A DNA stretch of 64,000 bases. Origin: Octopus vulgaris (lineage: Eukaryota). Position 1 is the first letter of the stretch. Each line of letters begins with the position of its first letter. The stretch covers positions 3,844,001-3,908,000 of the forward strand of contig OX597832.1 of NCBI GenBank assembly GCA_951406725.2, read 5' to 3'. Under the pieces are notes generated by a model. The model saw only the letters and a program-made list of their open reading frames with translations, did no database searches and was not told the origin of the DNA. Shown here in pieces: positions 26,322 to 39,530 of this stretch. Position numbers and translations under genes: made by a program.

Positions 26322-26446
26322 TTTGTGTGTGTGTGTGTGTGTGTGTTTGTGTGTAGAAGGTTGAAAAGTAACACACGAGTTGATATGTATAAGAAAAGGT
26401 AGAAAATTGCTAAAAAATTTATATGATGAAATACATTTTGTAATGG

Positions 26447-26484
26447 TTAGTACCGGTTTCAGTCTTTTTGACTTTTTCAACTAA
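26447..26484 (-). ncRNA. Degenerate minimal hammerhead motif
   Basis: Minus strand TTAG-TTGAAAA-AGTC-AAAAA-GACT-GAAA-CCGG-TA-CTAA. All three stems are intact but the core CUGANGA is mutated. Confidence 0.5.
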
Positions 26485-26691
26485 GAGTAAAACAAAGGTG
26501 GATATTAATTAAGAAAAACAATTAAATTGAAGAAAAAATTAAATTAAATATTTCCATAGTCTTCAAAGAGGTAGGACATTTTTTTTCTCTCTGTCTCTCT
26601 CTTTCCCTTTGTGAAGGCTTGGCAGGTAGTAGCAGATCCTAGTATTTTAGCATTTCTACTTTGTCTTATTTTCATTGATATATATATATAT

Positions 26692-28100
26692 CATCATCAT
26701 CATCATCATCGTTTAACGTCCGCTTTCCATGCTAGCATGGGTTGGACGGTTCAACTGGGGTCTGGGAAGCCCGAAGGCTGCACCAGGCCAGTCAGATGTG
26801 GCAGTGTTTCTACAGCTGGATGCCCTTCCTAATGCCAACCACTCCGAGAGTGTAGTGGGTGATTTTATGTGCCACCGACACAGGTGCCAGACGAGGCTGG
26901 CAGACGGCCACGCTCGGATGGTGTTTTTTATGTGCCACCGACACAGGTGCCAGACGAGGCTGGCAGACGGCCACGCTCGGATGGTGTTTTCTTATGTGTC
27001 ACCGACACAGGTGCCAGACGAGGCTGGCGGATGGCCACGCTCGGATGGTGTTTGTTACGTGCCCTCAGCACGGAGGCCAGTCATTGGGGTACTGGCTACG
27101 GTCACGTTCGGATGGTTTTCTTATGTGCCACCGGCACTGGTACCACAAGGATACAAATTCCATTGATGTTCATCTATTTTGATTTGGTTCGATTTGATTT
27201 GATACGATTCGATTCTCACTTGCCTCAACAGGTCTTCACAAGAAGGAAGGTATGCACAGGTGGACTGACTACGTCCCAGGTAGGGGCCACGGATTATGGC
27301 TTCACTAGTCTTGCCGGGTCTTCTCACGCACAGCATACTTCCATAGGTCTCGGTCTCTAGTCATTTCCATGGTGAGACCTAACGTCCGAAGGTCGTGCTT
27401 CACCACCTCGTCCCAGGTTTTCCTGGGTCTACCTCTTCCACGGGTTCCCTCAACTGCTAGGGATTGGCACTTTCTCACACACCTATCTTCATCCATTCTC
27501 GCCACATGACCATACCAGCGCAATCGTCTCTCTTGCACACAACAACTGATGCTTCTTAGGTACAACATTTCTCTCAAGGTACTAACGCTCTGTCGAGTAA
27601 GTACACTGACATTACACATCCATCGGAGCATACTGGCTTCGTTCCTCACGAGCTTACGCATGTCCTCAGCAGTCACGGCCCATGTTTCACTGCCATGTAG
27701 CATAGCTGTTCGTACACATGCATCATACAGTCTGCCTTTTACTCTGAGCGAGAGGCCTTTAGTCACCAGCAGAGGTAAGAGCTCCCTAAACTTTGCCCAG
27801 GCTATTCTTATTCTAGCAGTTACACTTTCAGCGCACCCACCCCCACTACTGACTTGGTCACCTAGATAGCGGAAGCTATCAACTACTTCTAGTTTTTCCC
27901 CCGGAAAGTGACAGAAGTTGTTTTCTGCAGATTTTCGGAGGTCAATGCTCCAGAGCACCTGCCACATACAAAAACTATCTTCCCAGTTAGCCTACCTTTG
28001 ACATTGCTGCACCTCTTATGTGTCCATAGCTTACACTGGGTACATCTTATAGAGTTTCTACCTACACCTTTTCTACAGATCGAGCAGGGCCATCTTCCTG
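26692..28100 (-). mobile_element. RTE-clade LINE 3' part (PHD-like insert, RT thumb, 3' UTR with ~63-bp tandem repeats, (GAT)n tail)
   Basis: ORF 27305-27967 has FRYLG, MLHGSETW, RRLRWYGHV and GRGRPRKTW. About three 63-64-bp repeats at 26865-27055. Confidence 0.92.
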
Positions 28101-29111
28101 AGGATATTTATATATATATATAATGTAAATAAGTAACAAAAATGTACAGGTGTCAATTATACTGAACTAGCAAGGTACTATCATGGTGCCTCAATTTAAG
28201 TACCTAATTCAATTGAATCTTAATTATATGCATATATATATATATATATACAAAATTTAGATTCAGATGAATATGGTACTTAAGTTAAAGGCACCAGAAT
28301 TTGGTATGGTATTATCCATATAAATCAAATGGGGGTGATTATAATCATAATAAGCAACAAGGATATCCAAGATAGTGTAGTACAATCATTTCATGCTACT
28401 TCATTTTATTAAACACTGTAAGTATTACATCAGTTTTAAGATGTCGAGCAATCTTCAGCCACATATAGAATTTTTTAATTAAATGGACAATGTACAGCCC
28501 ATACCAGCATGGAAGATGGATGTTAAATGGTGATGATGATATAATGTATGTAATACAGACAAAGCTAACAATATACAGAGATAATATTAATGGTTTCAAA
28601 TTTTAGAGCAGGGCCAGCATTTTGGGGGGAGTGGGATAGAGTCAATTACATAAATTCCCATTAACTGACTGATTTGAAACTAATATTATAAGGTGGCGAG
28701 CTGACAGAATTATCACCTTGCCAGAAAAAATATTTAGTGGCACTTCTTATAACTTTACATTCTGAATTCAAAAGTTGCTGAGGTTGACTTTGCCTTTTGT
28801 CCTTTTGGGGGTCCATAAAATAAGTTCCAGTTGAACACTGGGGTTAATGTAATTGCTTTACCCCCTCTGATAAAATTGTTGGCCTTTTGCTAAAATTTGC
28901 AACTAATATTATATATATATTATTATATATTAGATAATAGCACATTTGATATTATACAGAGTGTTACTAACAAACACAGATAATGAATATAGATACACAA
29001 TAATATACACATTAATGATCATATAAGCACAGATGATAATATGAATAATGAAAATAATATTCATATAATAATACAGTCACAAAATATTATACATACAGAT
29101 ATTATACAATA

Positions 29112-29570
29112 GGTGCAGGTGTGGCTGTGTGGTAAGAAGCTTGCTTCCCAACCACATAGTTCCAGGTTCAGTCCCACTGCATGATACCTTGGGCAAGTGT
29201 CTTCTACTATAGCCTCAGACTGACCAAAGCCTTGTGATTGGATTTGGTAGACAGAACTTGAAAGAAGCTCGTCGTATATATGTATATATATATACTAACA
29301 GTCTGTATAATATTAAATGTACTATTATATATAATATTTACGTGTGTTTGTCTTTGTGTCTATGTTTGTTCCCCCACCATCGCTTGACAGCTGATGTTGT
29401 GTCCCCATAACTGAGTGGTTCAGCAAAAGGGACCAATGGAATAAGTACTAGGCTTACAAAGAGTAAGTCCTGGGGTTGATTTCTTTGACTAAGAAAACTT
29501 CTTTAAGGCGGTGCTCCAGTATGGCAGCAGTCAAATGACTGAAACAAGTAAAAGAGCAAAGAGTAAAAAA
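29112..29570 (+). mobile_element. SINE family A, near full length
   Basis: GGTGCAGGTGTGGCTGTGTGGT...GGTTCAGTCCC...CTTGGGCAAGTG head, TA core and tail. Confidence 0.85.
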
Positions 29571-30377
29571 GATATTATTTATGCAGGTAATTGTATATAC
29601 ATACATAATATTATACTTGGTAAATAATTCATTCTAATTCTTGGCACAAGACCAGCAGTTTTTGAGGGTAAGTGTTAGTTAATTACATTGGCCCTAGTGT
29701 TCAACTGGTACTTATTTTATTGACCTTGAAAGGACGAAGGACAAAGTTGACCATGGTGTCATTTGAACTCAGGACATAAAGAACCAGAAGAAATCCTGCC
29801 CAACATAGTAATGATTGCACCAGTTTACTGCCTTACATGTTAATGATATAACCATATATAATATTGGTTTCAAATTTTGGTGCTAAGCCAGCAATTTGGT
29901 GGGAGGAGGTAAGTTGATTGCATCGACCCCAATACTCAACTTGTACCTAATTTATCGAATCTGAAAGGGTGAAAGATAAAGTCGACCTTGGCAGAATTTG
30001 AACTCAGAACATAAAGATGGACAAAAGCTGCTAAACATTTTGCCCAACATTCTGCCCGTTCATTACCTTATAAACACACGTAATATTACACAATACATAG
30101 ATACGCATATAATATTACAGTTATACAGACACAGATAATATTACACAGCTAATAATACAGACATAAGCAATAATTTACATGCAATTAATAATAAAAATGT
30201 AGATTATACTCACATATAAACACAAATAGTATAATATACATAGATGATATTATATTCACAGAGTTAATAATATAAACATAAGTAATATACATATAGATAA
30301 TATTATATGCACAGTTAATAATTTTTTTCTCCACTGTTTATATTATAAATAATACTGTATAGTATTACACACACACA

Positions 30378-33235
30378 GCTTCATCCAGGGAAGAAGCACT
30401 ATGGATGCTATTTTCATAGTCAGGCAACTGCAAGAGAAGTACTTTACTAAGAATAAACTATCATACTTGATATATACTAATCTAGAGAAAGCCTTCGATA
30501 GAGTGCCCTGTTGTGTGATATCGTGGGCTCTGAAAGGGCAAGGGATAGTGACTGGTGAAAGCTATACAGGCCATGTACAGTAATGTGAAAGTTAGCCATG
30601 AGTTCAGTGAAGAATTTGATGTACAGGTAGTGGTTCATCAAGACTCAGTCCTCAGTCCCATCCTTTTAATCATTGTCCTCCAGACCGTAACAGAAGACAA
30701 CTATATGCTGGGAACTACTATTAGGTTATCAAGAAAGTTCTTGTGGTTTTTAACCTTTAAATTCAGATGCGCATATCTCTGCTCAAACAAAACTTTTTTA
30801 ATCGAAATAAACACCATCAGAATCAATACACTTTTGCCAACATGAAACAAGTTTATTTATGCCAGTAGCATAAAAATCCTGCGTTCTGGTGACAATGAAG
30901 TCGTTGAAGGTGTGTTTGGCATCGTCTTGGTTTTTCAAGCATTTCTCACACAGGAAGTTGTTGAGATGCTTGAAAAAGTGGTAGTCAACAGGTGAGAGGT
31001 CTGGTGAGTGTGGTGGATGAGGCAGAGTTTCATAGCCCAATTCATTCAACTTCGGCAGGGTCAGTTGTGCGATGTGCGGCCGAGTGTTGTCGTGGAGAAG
31101 AATTGGTCCTTTTCTATTGACCAATGCTGGCTGCATTTCATCTATCTACTGACAGTACTTCTCCGCTGTAATGGTTTCACCTGGATCCAAAAATCTATGA
31201 TGGATGAGACTGGCCGCAGACCACCAAACAGTCACCATGACCTTTTTTTGTGCAACTTTGGCTTCGGGAAATGCCATGGAGCTTCGTCAGCGTCCAACCA
31301 CTGAGCTGAATGTCGCCGGTTGTCGTTAAGAATCCACTTTTCATCGCAAGTCACAATCCGGTCGAGAAACGGGTCGTTCTTGCTGTATAAATGAAGGGAA
31401 GATGACACTTCAAAGTGGCGTTGTTTTGGTTGTCATTCAATTCGTGTGGCACCCATTTCTCAAGTACTTTTGTTTTTCCAATCTCTTTCAAGTGGTTGGA
31501 AATTGTCATATACATTACATCTAATTCAGAAGCAAGCTCTCAAACAGTTGTGCATGGATTGGTTTCCACTAAGGCTCTTAGTTGATCGTTGTCAACATCT
31601 GATGGCCGACCACTACACTTATCATCTTCAAGATTCTCGTCACCGCTACGAAATTTCTGGAACCACCTTTGTGCTGTACGTTCGTTAGTGGTTTCTGGGT
31701 CAACCGCTTCATTGATATCACGAGCTGTTTCAGCAGCTTTTCAGCCTAGTTTGAACTGGAATAAGAAAATTGTGCAAATTCGCTTTTTGTCCATGTTGTA
31801 TTCAATGTTCTGGAAAAAATGGCCTCATTATTCAAAGAGAAAGAGTAACACGATTAGATAGAGTGAAAAACAGGCTTTAAAATGACATATAAAGTCAAAA
31901 TAATTTATTGAAAATTAATTTGAAAATACATCATTTAAAACCAAAATTTAAAATTCTACAAGAACTTTCTTGACAACCTAATATATACTGATGATCTTGC
32001 CCTTGTAGCAGATTCCATGTTGGAGCTAGAAGAGAAATTCCAGGTGTGAAAGCAAAACCTGGAATCTAAGGGCCTTAAGATTAAACCTGGAATCTAAGGG
32101 CCTTAAGATAGCAAAAACTAAGGTCCTAGTAAGTAAGGAAACAGACAAGACCCTACCCACTTAAGGTAGGTGGCCCTGTTTGATTTGCAAGAAAGGTGTA
32201 GGTAGGAACTCCATTCAGTGTACCCAGTGTAAGCTATGGACACAAAAGGTGCTGTGGATTAAAAGAAGCTTATCAGAGAAGGCAGCATTTGTATGTTTAA
32301 GATAAACAGGATTCATAAAAACTACAGAGACTGGGGAAATTGATTCTCTGAAATGCCCTGGTGGCTCATTAGAAGTAGGAGATCATTTCTACTATGTAGG
32401 GGACCAAATTAGTAGTGGGGGGAGGATGCACAAAGAGTGTGATTGTTAGAATAAGAATAGGATGGAGGGAAATCAGAGAGCTGTTAGCTCTGTCAGCCAC
32501 AAAATATTTCTGTTTCCAAGTGAAAGGAAGATTGTATGATGCATGTATACAGATAGCAATCCTACATGGTAGTGACATGTAGGCTCTGAATGCAGAGGAC
32601 ATGTGAAGGTTAGAGAGGAAAGAGGCTAATATGCTCTGCTGGATGTGTAATGTAAGTGTACATGTTTGACAGTGTTAATGTATTGAGAGAGAAGTTGGGA
32701 ATAAGAGGAACTAGTTGCTGTGTGCAGGGAGAAGACTGTGCTGGTTTGGTCATGTGATGCAGATGGATGCCAACAGCTTCATAAAGAAGTGCTGATCTCC
32801 CAAAGTAGATGGAACATGTGGGAGTGGGAGACCAGGAACACATGGGAGAAAGTACTGAAGAACAACTCCAGGACCCTGAACCTTTCAGGCAAGATGACAA
32901 AGATTGAGATGGCTGGTACCTTGCTACACTCAAGAAGACCCATACTCCACTCTAGAAGTGCTAAGACTGGTCATCACCCCACCCCATTGGTGAAGATTGA
33001 CCTGCAAGAGTCCTGTGCTGGTGCCACATAAAAAGCACTCGTGGTGGTGCCATGCAAAGGTACCCATGCAGCACTATATAAAAGCACCTGTGCAGTGCCA
33101 TGTAAAAGCATCCAGCACAATCTGTAAAGTGGATGGTGCTAGGGAGGGCATCCAACTGTAGAAACCATCTGAAATCAGACTGGAGACTGGTGCAGCTCTC
33201 CAGCTTGCCAGCTTTGGTCAAACCATCTATCCCAC
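30378..33235 (+). mobile_element. Older RTE LINE remnant interrupted by a mariner
   Basis: DAIFIVRQLQEK and LEKAFDRV upstream. WELL|YTDDL is split by the mariner, and the PHD-like block, thumb and 3' UTR follow. Confidence 0.85.
30721..31981 (-). mobile_element. Full-length decayed mariner (DD34D) with TA TSD
   Basis: TIRs TTAGGTT(A/G)TCAAGAAAGTTCTTGT with TA at 30719-30720 and 31982-31983. Transposase runs from MDKKRICTIFLFQFKLG (31794) through HDNTRPH and HSPDLSPVDY to 30798. Confidence 0.95.
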
Positions 33236-33564
33236 AGTTAATACATGCAGTTAATAGTGTAAGTATATTATATAGTATTGTATTTATAGAAAATAATATA
33301 GAATAGATAATTTTAAATATGCAGTAAATATTATACATATAGTAAATATTGATTTCAAAAATTTAGCACAAAGCCAGTAAATTCAGAAGATGGGGCAAGT
33401 TGATTACATCAACCCTAGTACTCAACTGGTACTTACTTTATTGACCCTGAAAAGTGACCTCAGTGGAATTTGAACTCAGAATGTAAGATGGATGAAATGC
33501 CTTTATGCATTTTGTCCGGCATGCTAAAGATTCTGCCAGCTCACTGTCATTTAATATATAGCTA

Positions 33565-33775
33565 ATCATCACCATTATCATCATTATCGTTGTTTAATAT
33601 CCATCTTCTATGCATGGGTAGGACAGTTGACAGGAGCCAGCCAGGTAGAAGACTACCCCAGGCTACTGTGTCTATTTTGACAGGGATTTTATGGCTGGAT
33701 GCCCTTCTTAATACCAACCACCCCACAGAGTGGACTGAATGCTTTATATGTGGCACTAGCATAAGCGAAGTCAGT
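33565..33775 (-). mobile_element. RTE LINE 3' UTR fragment
   Basis: Reverse complement of the (GAT)n-tailed UTR. Confidence 0.65.
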
Positions 33776-34519
33776 TAATATGAATAAAAAAAAAAATTAC
33801 AGAAGCCATCACTTACATTCAAGTATGTTCAGGAAGCATGTACTATGCTTTTGCTAATTTGTTTAGGTGTCTACATAGTTGGTAGCAAACATAGACTCTT
33901 CTCTAGTCACCTATATCTGTCACGGTGTAACACTGACGATGTGATAACAGGAAGGTGAGAGGGCTGCATTTACACTTGACTGACACTGAACAGAATTGAG
34001 CACCAGGAAATGAAATGCTTTGCTGAAAAACATGTGTCAGTCATGAGCCTAACACCTGAATCACAATGACACAGATTTAATAATATAATACAATATAATA
34101 ATACAAGTACAATAGTAATTTCTAACATGGACAGTGTCACATTTTTGGAGAGGGTTAGTCAATTATATGAACATCAACCCCAGTACTTGACCAGTATTTT
34201 ATTTCATCAACCTTACAAGGAAGAAAGGCAAAGTTGATCTTGCTGGGATTCAAAATCAGAGGGTAAAGAGCCTGAAAAAACACTGCCAGGTATTTTTTTT
34301 CAGTGCTTTGGAAATTCTCTCATTCACTGCCTTTACATAAAGACTCTGATAACTTTAAACACACAGTTCATAATACAAAGACAGGTATCACACACAAAAA
34401 TAATGGCGTAGATATAAATAATATTATACACACAGACAAGATGGCAAGCTGGCAGAAGCTAGCAGAATCATTACTGCACCAGAAAAAATACTTAGTGGCA
34501 TTTCTTCTGACTTTATAAT

Positions 34520-35267
34520 CTGGGTACTACAATGTTTGGGTACCACATGAGTTGAGTGAGAGGAACCTTTTGGATCACATTTCCATCTGTGATTTGCTTT
34601 ATAAATGGAATGAAAATGCGCCTTTTTTAAAGCAAATTGTGACAGGTGATGGATTATCTACTGAAATGTTCAGAGAAAGTTATCCTGGGGTAAGCGACAT
34701 GAGCCACCCTTAGCCACTCCAAAAGCAGCTCTTCACCTTAAAAATGTCTTGCTTTGTGTCTGGTGAGATTGGAAAGGAATTCTGTACTATGAGCTTCTCC
34801 CAAGTAACCAGACAATTAATTCTGAGAAATACTGCACACAACTGGATGAGTTGAAAGCAGCAGTTCAAGAGAAATGTCCAGAATTGGCCAACAGGAAGGG
34901 TGTTGTTTTCCAACATGATAATGCAAGACTGCACGTTTCTTTGGGAACCAGACAAAAATTACTGCAGCTCGGTTGGGATGTGTTACCCCACCCTCCATAT
35001 TCACCAGATATTGCTCCTTCGGATTTCCACTTATTCAGGTCTTTGCAGAATAGTCTTAATGGTAAAAATTTCAATTCCTTGGATGACGTAAAAAGATACC
35101 TTAATGAATTCTTTGCCATGAAACCACCTCAGTTCTGGGAAGAGGGTATTTTCAAGCTAAAGGAAAGATGGAAACGCATTGTGCAACAAAATGTTTCATA
35201 TTTGGTTGATTAAAAATGTAATGGCAAGTATTTATTGACTTCGGCATGAACTTTCCAGACAATCCAA
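34520..35267 (+). mobile_element. mariner 3' two-thirds with right TIR
   Basis: WVPHEL, IVTGD, FQHDNAR and PYSPDIAPSDFHLF. Ends GAACTTTCCAGACAATCCAA|TA. Confidence 0.9.
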
Positions 35268-35399
35268 TAGATAATATCATACATACAGATAATATTTAGT
35301 TAATTCTGTTAATAATATACACACAGATAATATTATATATGCAGGTAATTTATACACAGATATTATATACAGAGATAATAATATAGATATAGATAATAC

Positions 35400-37123
35400 C
35401 TAGCTAAAGATAAACCCCTCTACATAGCTTTCGTGGACTTGGAGAAAGCCTTTGACAGGGTCCACCGATCTCTTATCTGGTGGGCGATGCGGAAACTGGA
35501 GATTGACGAATGGTTAATAAGGGCTGTACAGGCCCTGTACAGAGAGGCTGTCAGCAAGGTTAGGATTGGCAAGGAGTATAGTGAAGAATTCCGGGTAGAA
35601 GTAGGTGTCTACCAAGGTTCAGCCCTCAGTCCCCTTCTATTCATCATAGTCCTCCAGGTAATAACAGAGGAATTCAAGACGGGTTGCCCCTGGGAGCTCC
35701 TCTATGGTGATGACCTGGCCCTCACAGCAGAATCACTACTGGAACTAGAAAAAAGAAATTTCAGGTGTGGAATCAAGGTTTAGAATCAAAGGGCCTTAGA
35801 GTAAATGTAGCAAAGACCAAAGTTATAGTTAGCAGAAAGGCGAACTCATCACACACACCCTCGGGCAGGTGGCCCTGCTCGATCAGTAGGAAAGGTGTTG
35901 GTAGAAACTCCTTATGGACGCATAAGAGGTGCAGTAACATCAAAGGAAAATTAACTGATAAGATAGCTTTCATGTGCGGCAGATGCACAGGGGCAATAGG
36001 CACCACAGATACTCAGAAAACAGATTTCATCACACTTCAGCGGGAGAAACTAGAAGTAGTTGATAGTTTCCGCTACCTAGGTGACCAAGTTAGTAGTGGA
36101 GGTGGATGCTCAGAGAGTGTCACCACTAGAATACGAATAGCCTGGGCAAAGTTTCAAAAGCTCCTACCCCTACTGGTGACAAAGGGTCTCTCACTCAGAG
36201 TGAAAGGTAAATTGTATGATGCCTGTGTGCGAACCGCTATGCTTCATGGTAGTGAAACATGGGCTGTGATTGCAGAGGACATGCGTAGACTTGAAAGAAA
36301 TGAAGCTAGCATGATCCGCTGGATGTGTAATGTCAGTGTGCACACACGACAGAGTTGAAGGTATCAGTGGGAGAGGTAGACCCAGGAAGACATAGGATGA
36401 GGTAGTCAAGCATGACCTTCAAACGTTGGGCCTCACAGAGGCAATGACGAAAGACCGAGATCTCTGGAGATATACTGTGACTGCAAAGACCCGGGCTGCT
36501 TCCTCCACCAGTTTCACATAGCCCCACCCCATCCAAAGTACCTTGGATTGCAGAACGACCTGCTGTGCTTACCTCGGATCGTAAGGTGATCTGCTGTGCT
36601 TGAGGAGACCTATTGAGTCAAGTACATCAATATCAAAACAAATATCAAATGGAAATTGTAGTTACGTGATACTTCTGCCGGCAACACATAAAAAGCACCA
36701 TCCAAACGTGGCCGATGCCAGCGTTGCCTTGACTGGCTTCTGTGCTGGTGCACATGACCTACGGTGCTTGAGGAGACCTATTGAGTCAAGTACATCAACA
36801 TCAAAATAAATATCAAATGGAAATTGTAGTTGAGATACCTGTACCGGTGGCACATAAAAAGCACCATCCGAACATGGCCGATGCCAGCACCGCCTTGACT
36901 GGCTTCTGTGCCAGTGGTATGTAAAAAGCACCATCTGAGTGCCGGTGGCACGTAAAAACCACCAGCTACACTCACGGAGTGGTTGGCGTTAGGAAGGGCA
37001 GCCAGCTGTAGAAACACTACCAGATCAGACTGGAGCCTGGTGCAGCCTCCTGGCTCCCCAGACCCCAGTCAAACCGTCCAACCCATGCTAGCATGGAAAA
37101 CGGACATTAAACGATGATGATGA
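35400..37123 (+). mobile_element. RTE-clade LINE, 5'-truncated, with a duplicated block in the 3' UTR
   Basis: DLEKAFDRV, QGSALSP, LYGDD, FRYLG and HGSETW. A block at about 36596 is repeated at about 36765, and the element ends in (GAT)n. Confidence 0.92.
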
Positions 37124-37933
37124 TAATACTAGACATATAGTTAATAATACGGTTAAGATAACATAATATATAGTCAATAATATAGCCACACATAATATTA
37201 TACATACATTTAATAATATAAATGCAGATAATATTACACAGACAGTTAATGATAGAGGCATAGTTAATATCATACACCCAGTTAATAATATAGACAGAGA
37301 TAATATTGTAGAAGTTTAATCTTAAGCTTCATTAATGTAAATAAATGTATTGATAAGACAAAGTGACTGATGATGCTGATGTTTAGTTTTGGCTTTCAGT
37401 TCTAATAATTGGCAAAGAGATGAATCTCTTCTTCAACGGGACACAAGCTTATTGCAATTAATATTTCCAAATTTGATATCTATGGTAAACAGTAATGTTA
37501 ATTGAAGCATGTAGAATTAAGTGTTCTGCTAGGAGACAATATTATTCCTCGAGTCAGGGTACATTTGTTACATGCATTAGCTTTACATGAAGAAACCTTA
37601 GTTTTGAATTAGTTGAAATGGTATTTTATCAAGATTACTCTTACGTATAGGAAAGATAGTAGTCATGCTTTATTTAACTTCATTTTAAAGAAGATATATT
37701 CTCATGGCTGCAAACATCATGATTACTCTCATCACCAAGGCTGCATCCTCAAACAACATAACCTCCCTCACCCAATCTCAGTTATAATCAATCTCCCAAC
37801 ACCACCACCACCACCACCACCACATCCACTGCCACTGCCACTGCTGTCACTGCCACCACCACCATAACTGCAATTTCCAATTCACACATTTACAAGCTGT
37901 CATGAATGACATACATTTTTATTGTGTTCTTAC

Positions 37934-38013
37934 TTCAAATGTAAGGTCAGTAATAACATTTGAATCTATGGACCAAGTGCGAGGAAGAAGTACAGAATTT
38001 AATAACTGCTGTT
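37934..38013 (-). CDS. Candidate small host exon, unknown product
   Basis: TTTTAG acceptor and GTAAGA donor around an open frame QQLLNSVLLPRTWSIDSNVITDLTFE in non-repetitive DNA. No homology recognised. Confidence 0.25.
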
Positions 38014-39129
38014 CTAAAATCATTCAGCTCATTGGCAAGAATAAATTTCATAATTTAATTAACTGCTATAAACCCCAATACATATCACTAGTAATAAAAT
38101 GTCAATACAATGTCAACTGGAGCCAGAAAGCAGTAAATAAAATTACATTCAACACTCTATAACATCAAATCAAATTTCTGCAATCTGAAAAGCTTTAAAA
38201 TCCAATGATATTCTTTGGACTAAATATGAGGTGAGTTTTAGAAGATGAAACCTAGCTGAGTGTATTACCACAAATATATTGGTTTCAAATTTTGGTACAA
38301 GGCTAGCAATTTCGGGGAGGAGCTAAGTCGATTATAACAATCCCAATGTTCAATCGGTACTTAATTCATCAGCCCTGAAAGGACGAAAGGCAAATTCGAC
38401 TTCAGCAGGATTTGAACTCAGAATGTAAGGATGGACAAAATGCTGCTAAGCATTTTGCTTGGCATGCTAGCAATTCTGCCAACTCACTGCCTTAAATTGT
38501 CACACATACATTGGCATTTATCTGGCTGAACTATGTAAAATGAAAAGCAAATTCAACATTGAGAGTATTTTTTTAATTTCTATATTGGTTTAGTCTGGAG
38601 GACAAAGGCTGTGGCCCTCTCCCTTACAGACCATCTAAGGCTGGTGAAATCAATACAGTTAATGCTTCTCTTGCATAGTAACAAGTTAGAAGTTGCAAGA
38701 AAAATACTGGCTTGAGGGAATTCCAGAAGAATGATGTTCTTGTGGAAAAAAAAGTGAGTTGTTAGTTTGTTAGTGAGGTATCTGGAAGTGGGGGTTGGTG
38801 TGAACACAATATGTGTGACGAGAGGAGGAGAGATAGGTAAATAGGGATTGTTGAATGGGGGTGGTATGAGACCAGTTAGATCTGAGGAACAAAAGCTACG
38901 CCAAGAATGATGTGAAAACTAGATCACATTTCTTCCTATACTCGCTATGCCCTGTAGAAATTTTTCTCAAATATCTATTTAAGAATCTATATGGGAGCCC
39001 ATACATACTTGTAAATCTTACATAGGAATCTATACCTACATGTTTCCTTGAAGCATCTATTGCTACATGTTACCCTGTATTATCTGTACGAGAATCTTGC
39101 AACATATTTTCATGTAACTTCTGCTTCTT

Positions 39130-39530
39130 CTTTAATCCAGATAGGGAGACTGCCCTCTCAACCAATATTCTGTTGTGAGAGCCACTGGATATTGAACTCC
39201 AATGATGATGTTATTCCATGCTTTCCAATCCATGGTACTGGCCTTAGCATGCTTGAGGTTGAGGTGCTGCAACTTCAGGTCTTCCTCAGTTTGTTTTGCC
39301 CATACCTTTTTTGGCACTCTGCACTGGATCCTCCAGTGCATGGGTCACTGACACTATAAAAGTTGGTGTGGTAGTCTTCTGATGCTCATCCTGCAGACAT
39401 GGCCAAACCACTGTAGCCTGTGCTGCTGGACATAGTTTTCATGATCAGCTGCTGGCATTTTTCTCAGATGCTTTTATTTGATATTCGGTCATATAGAGAG
39501 ACACCAAGAACAGACTATAATATTTCATAG
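39130..39530 (-). mobile_element. Old LINE (RTE-like) RT C-terminal fragment
   Basis: Minus strand encodes RLQWFGHVCRM-like and PKKVW motifs. Confidence 0.55.

Noticed and set aside
29112-29185. tRNA gene
   Set aside because: It has A/B-box-like motifs but no cloverleaf, and it is the head of a multi-copy SINE.
37400-37484. Plus-strand candidate exon (SNNWQRDESLLQRDTSLLQLIFPNLISM)
   Set aside because: It is short, has no recognisable homology or partner exon, and is expected by chance.
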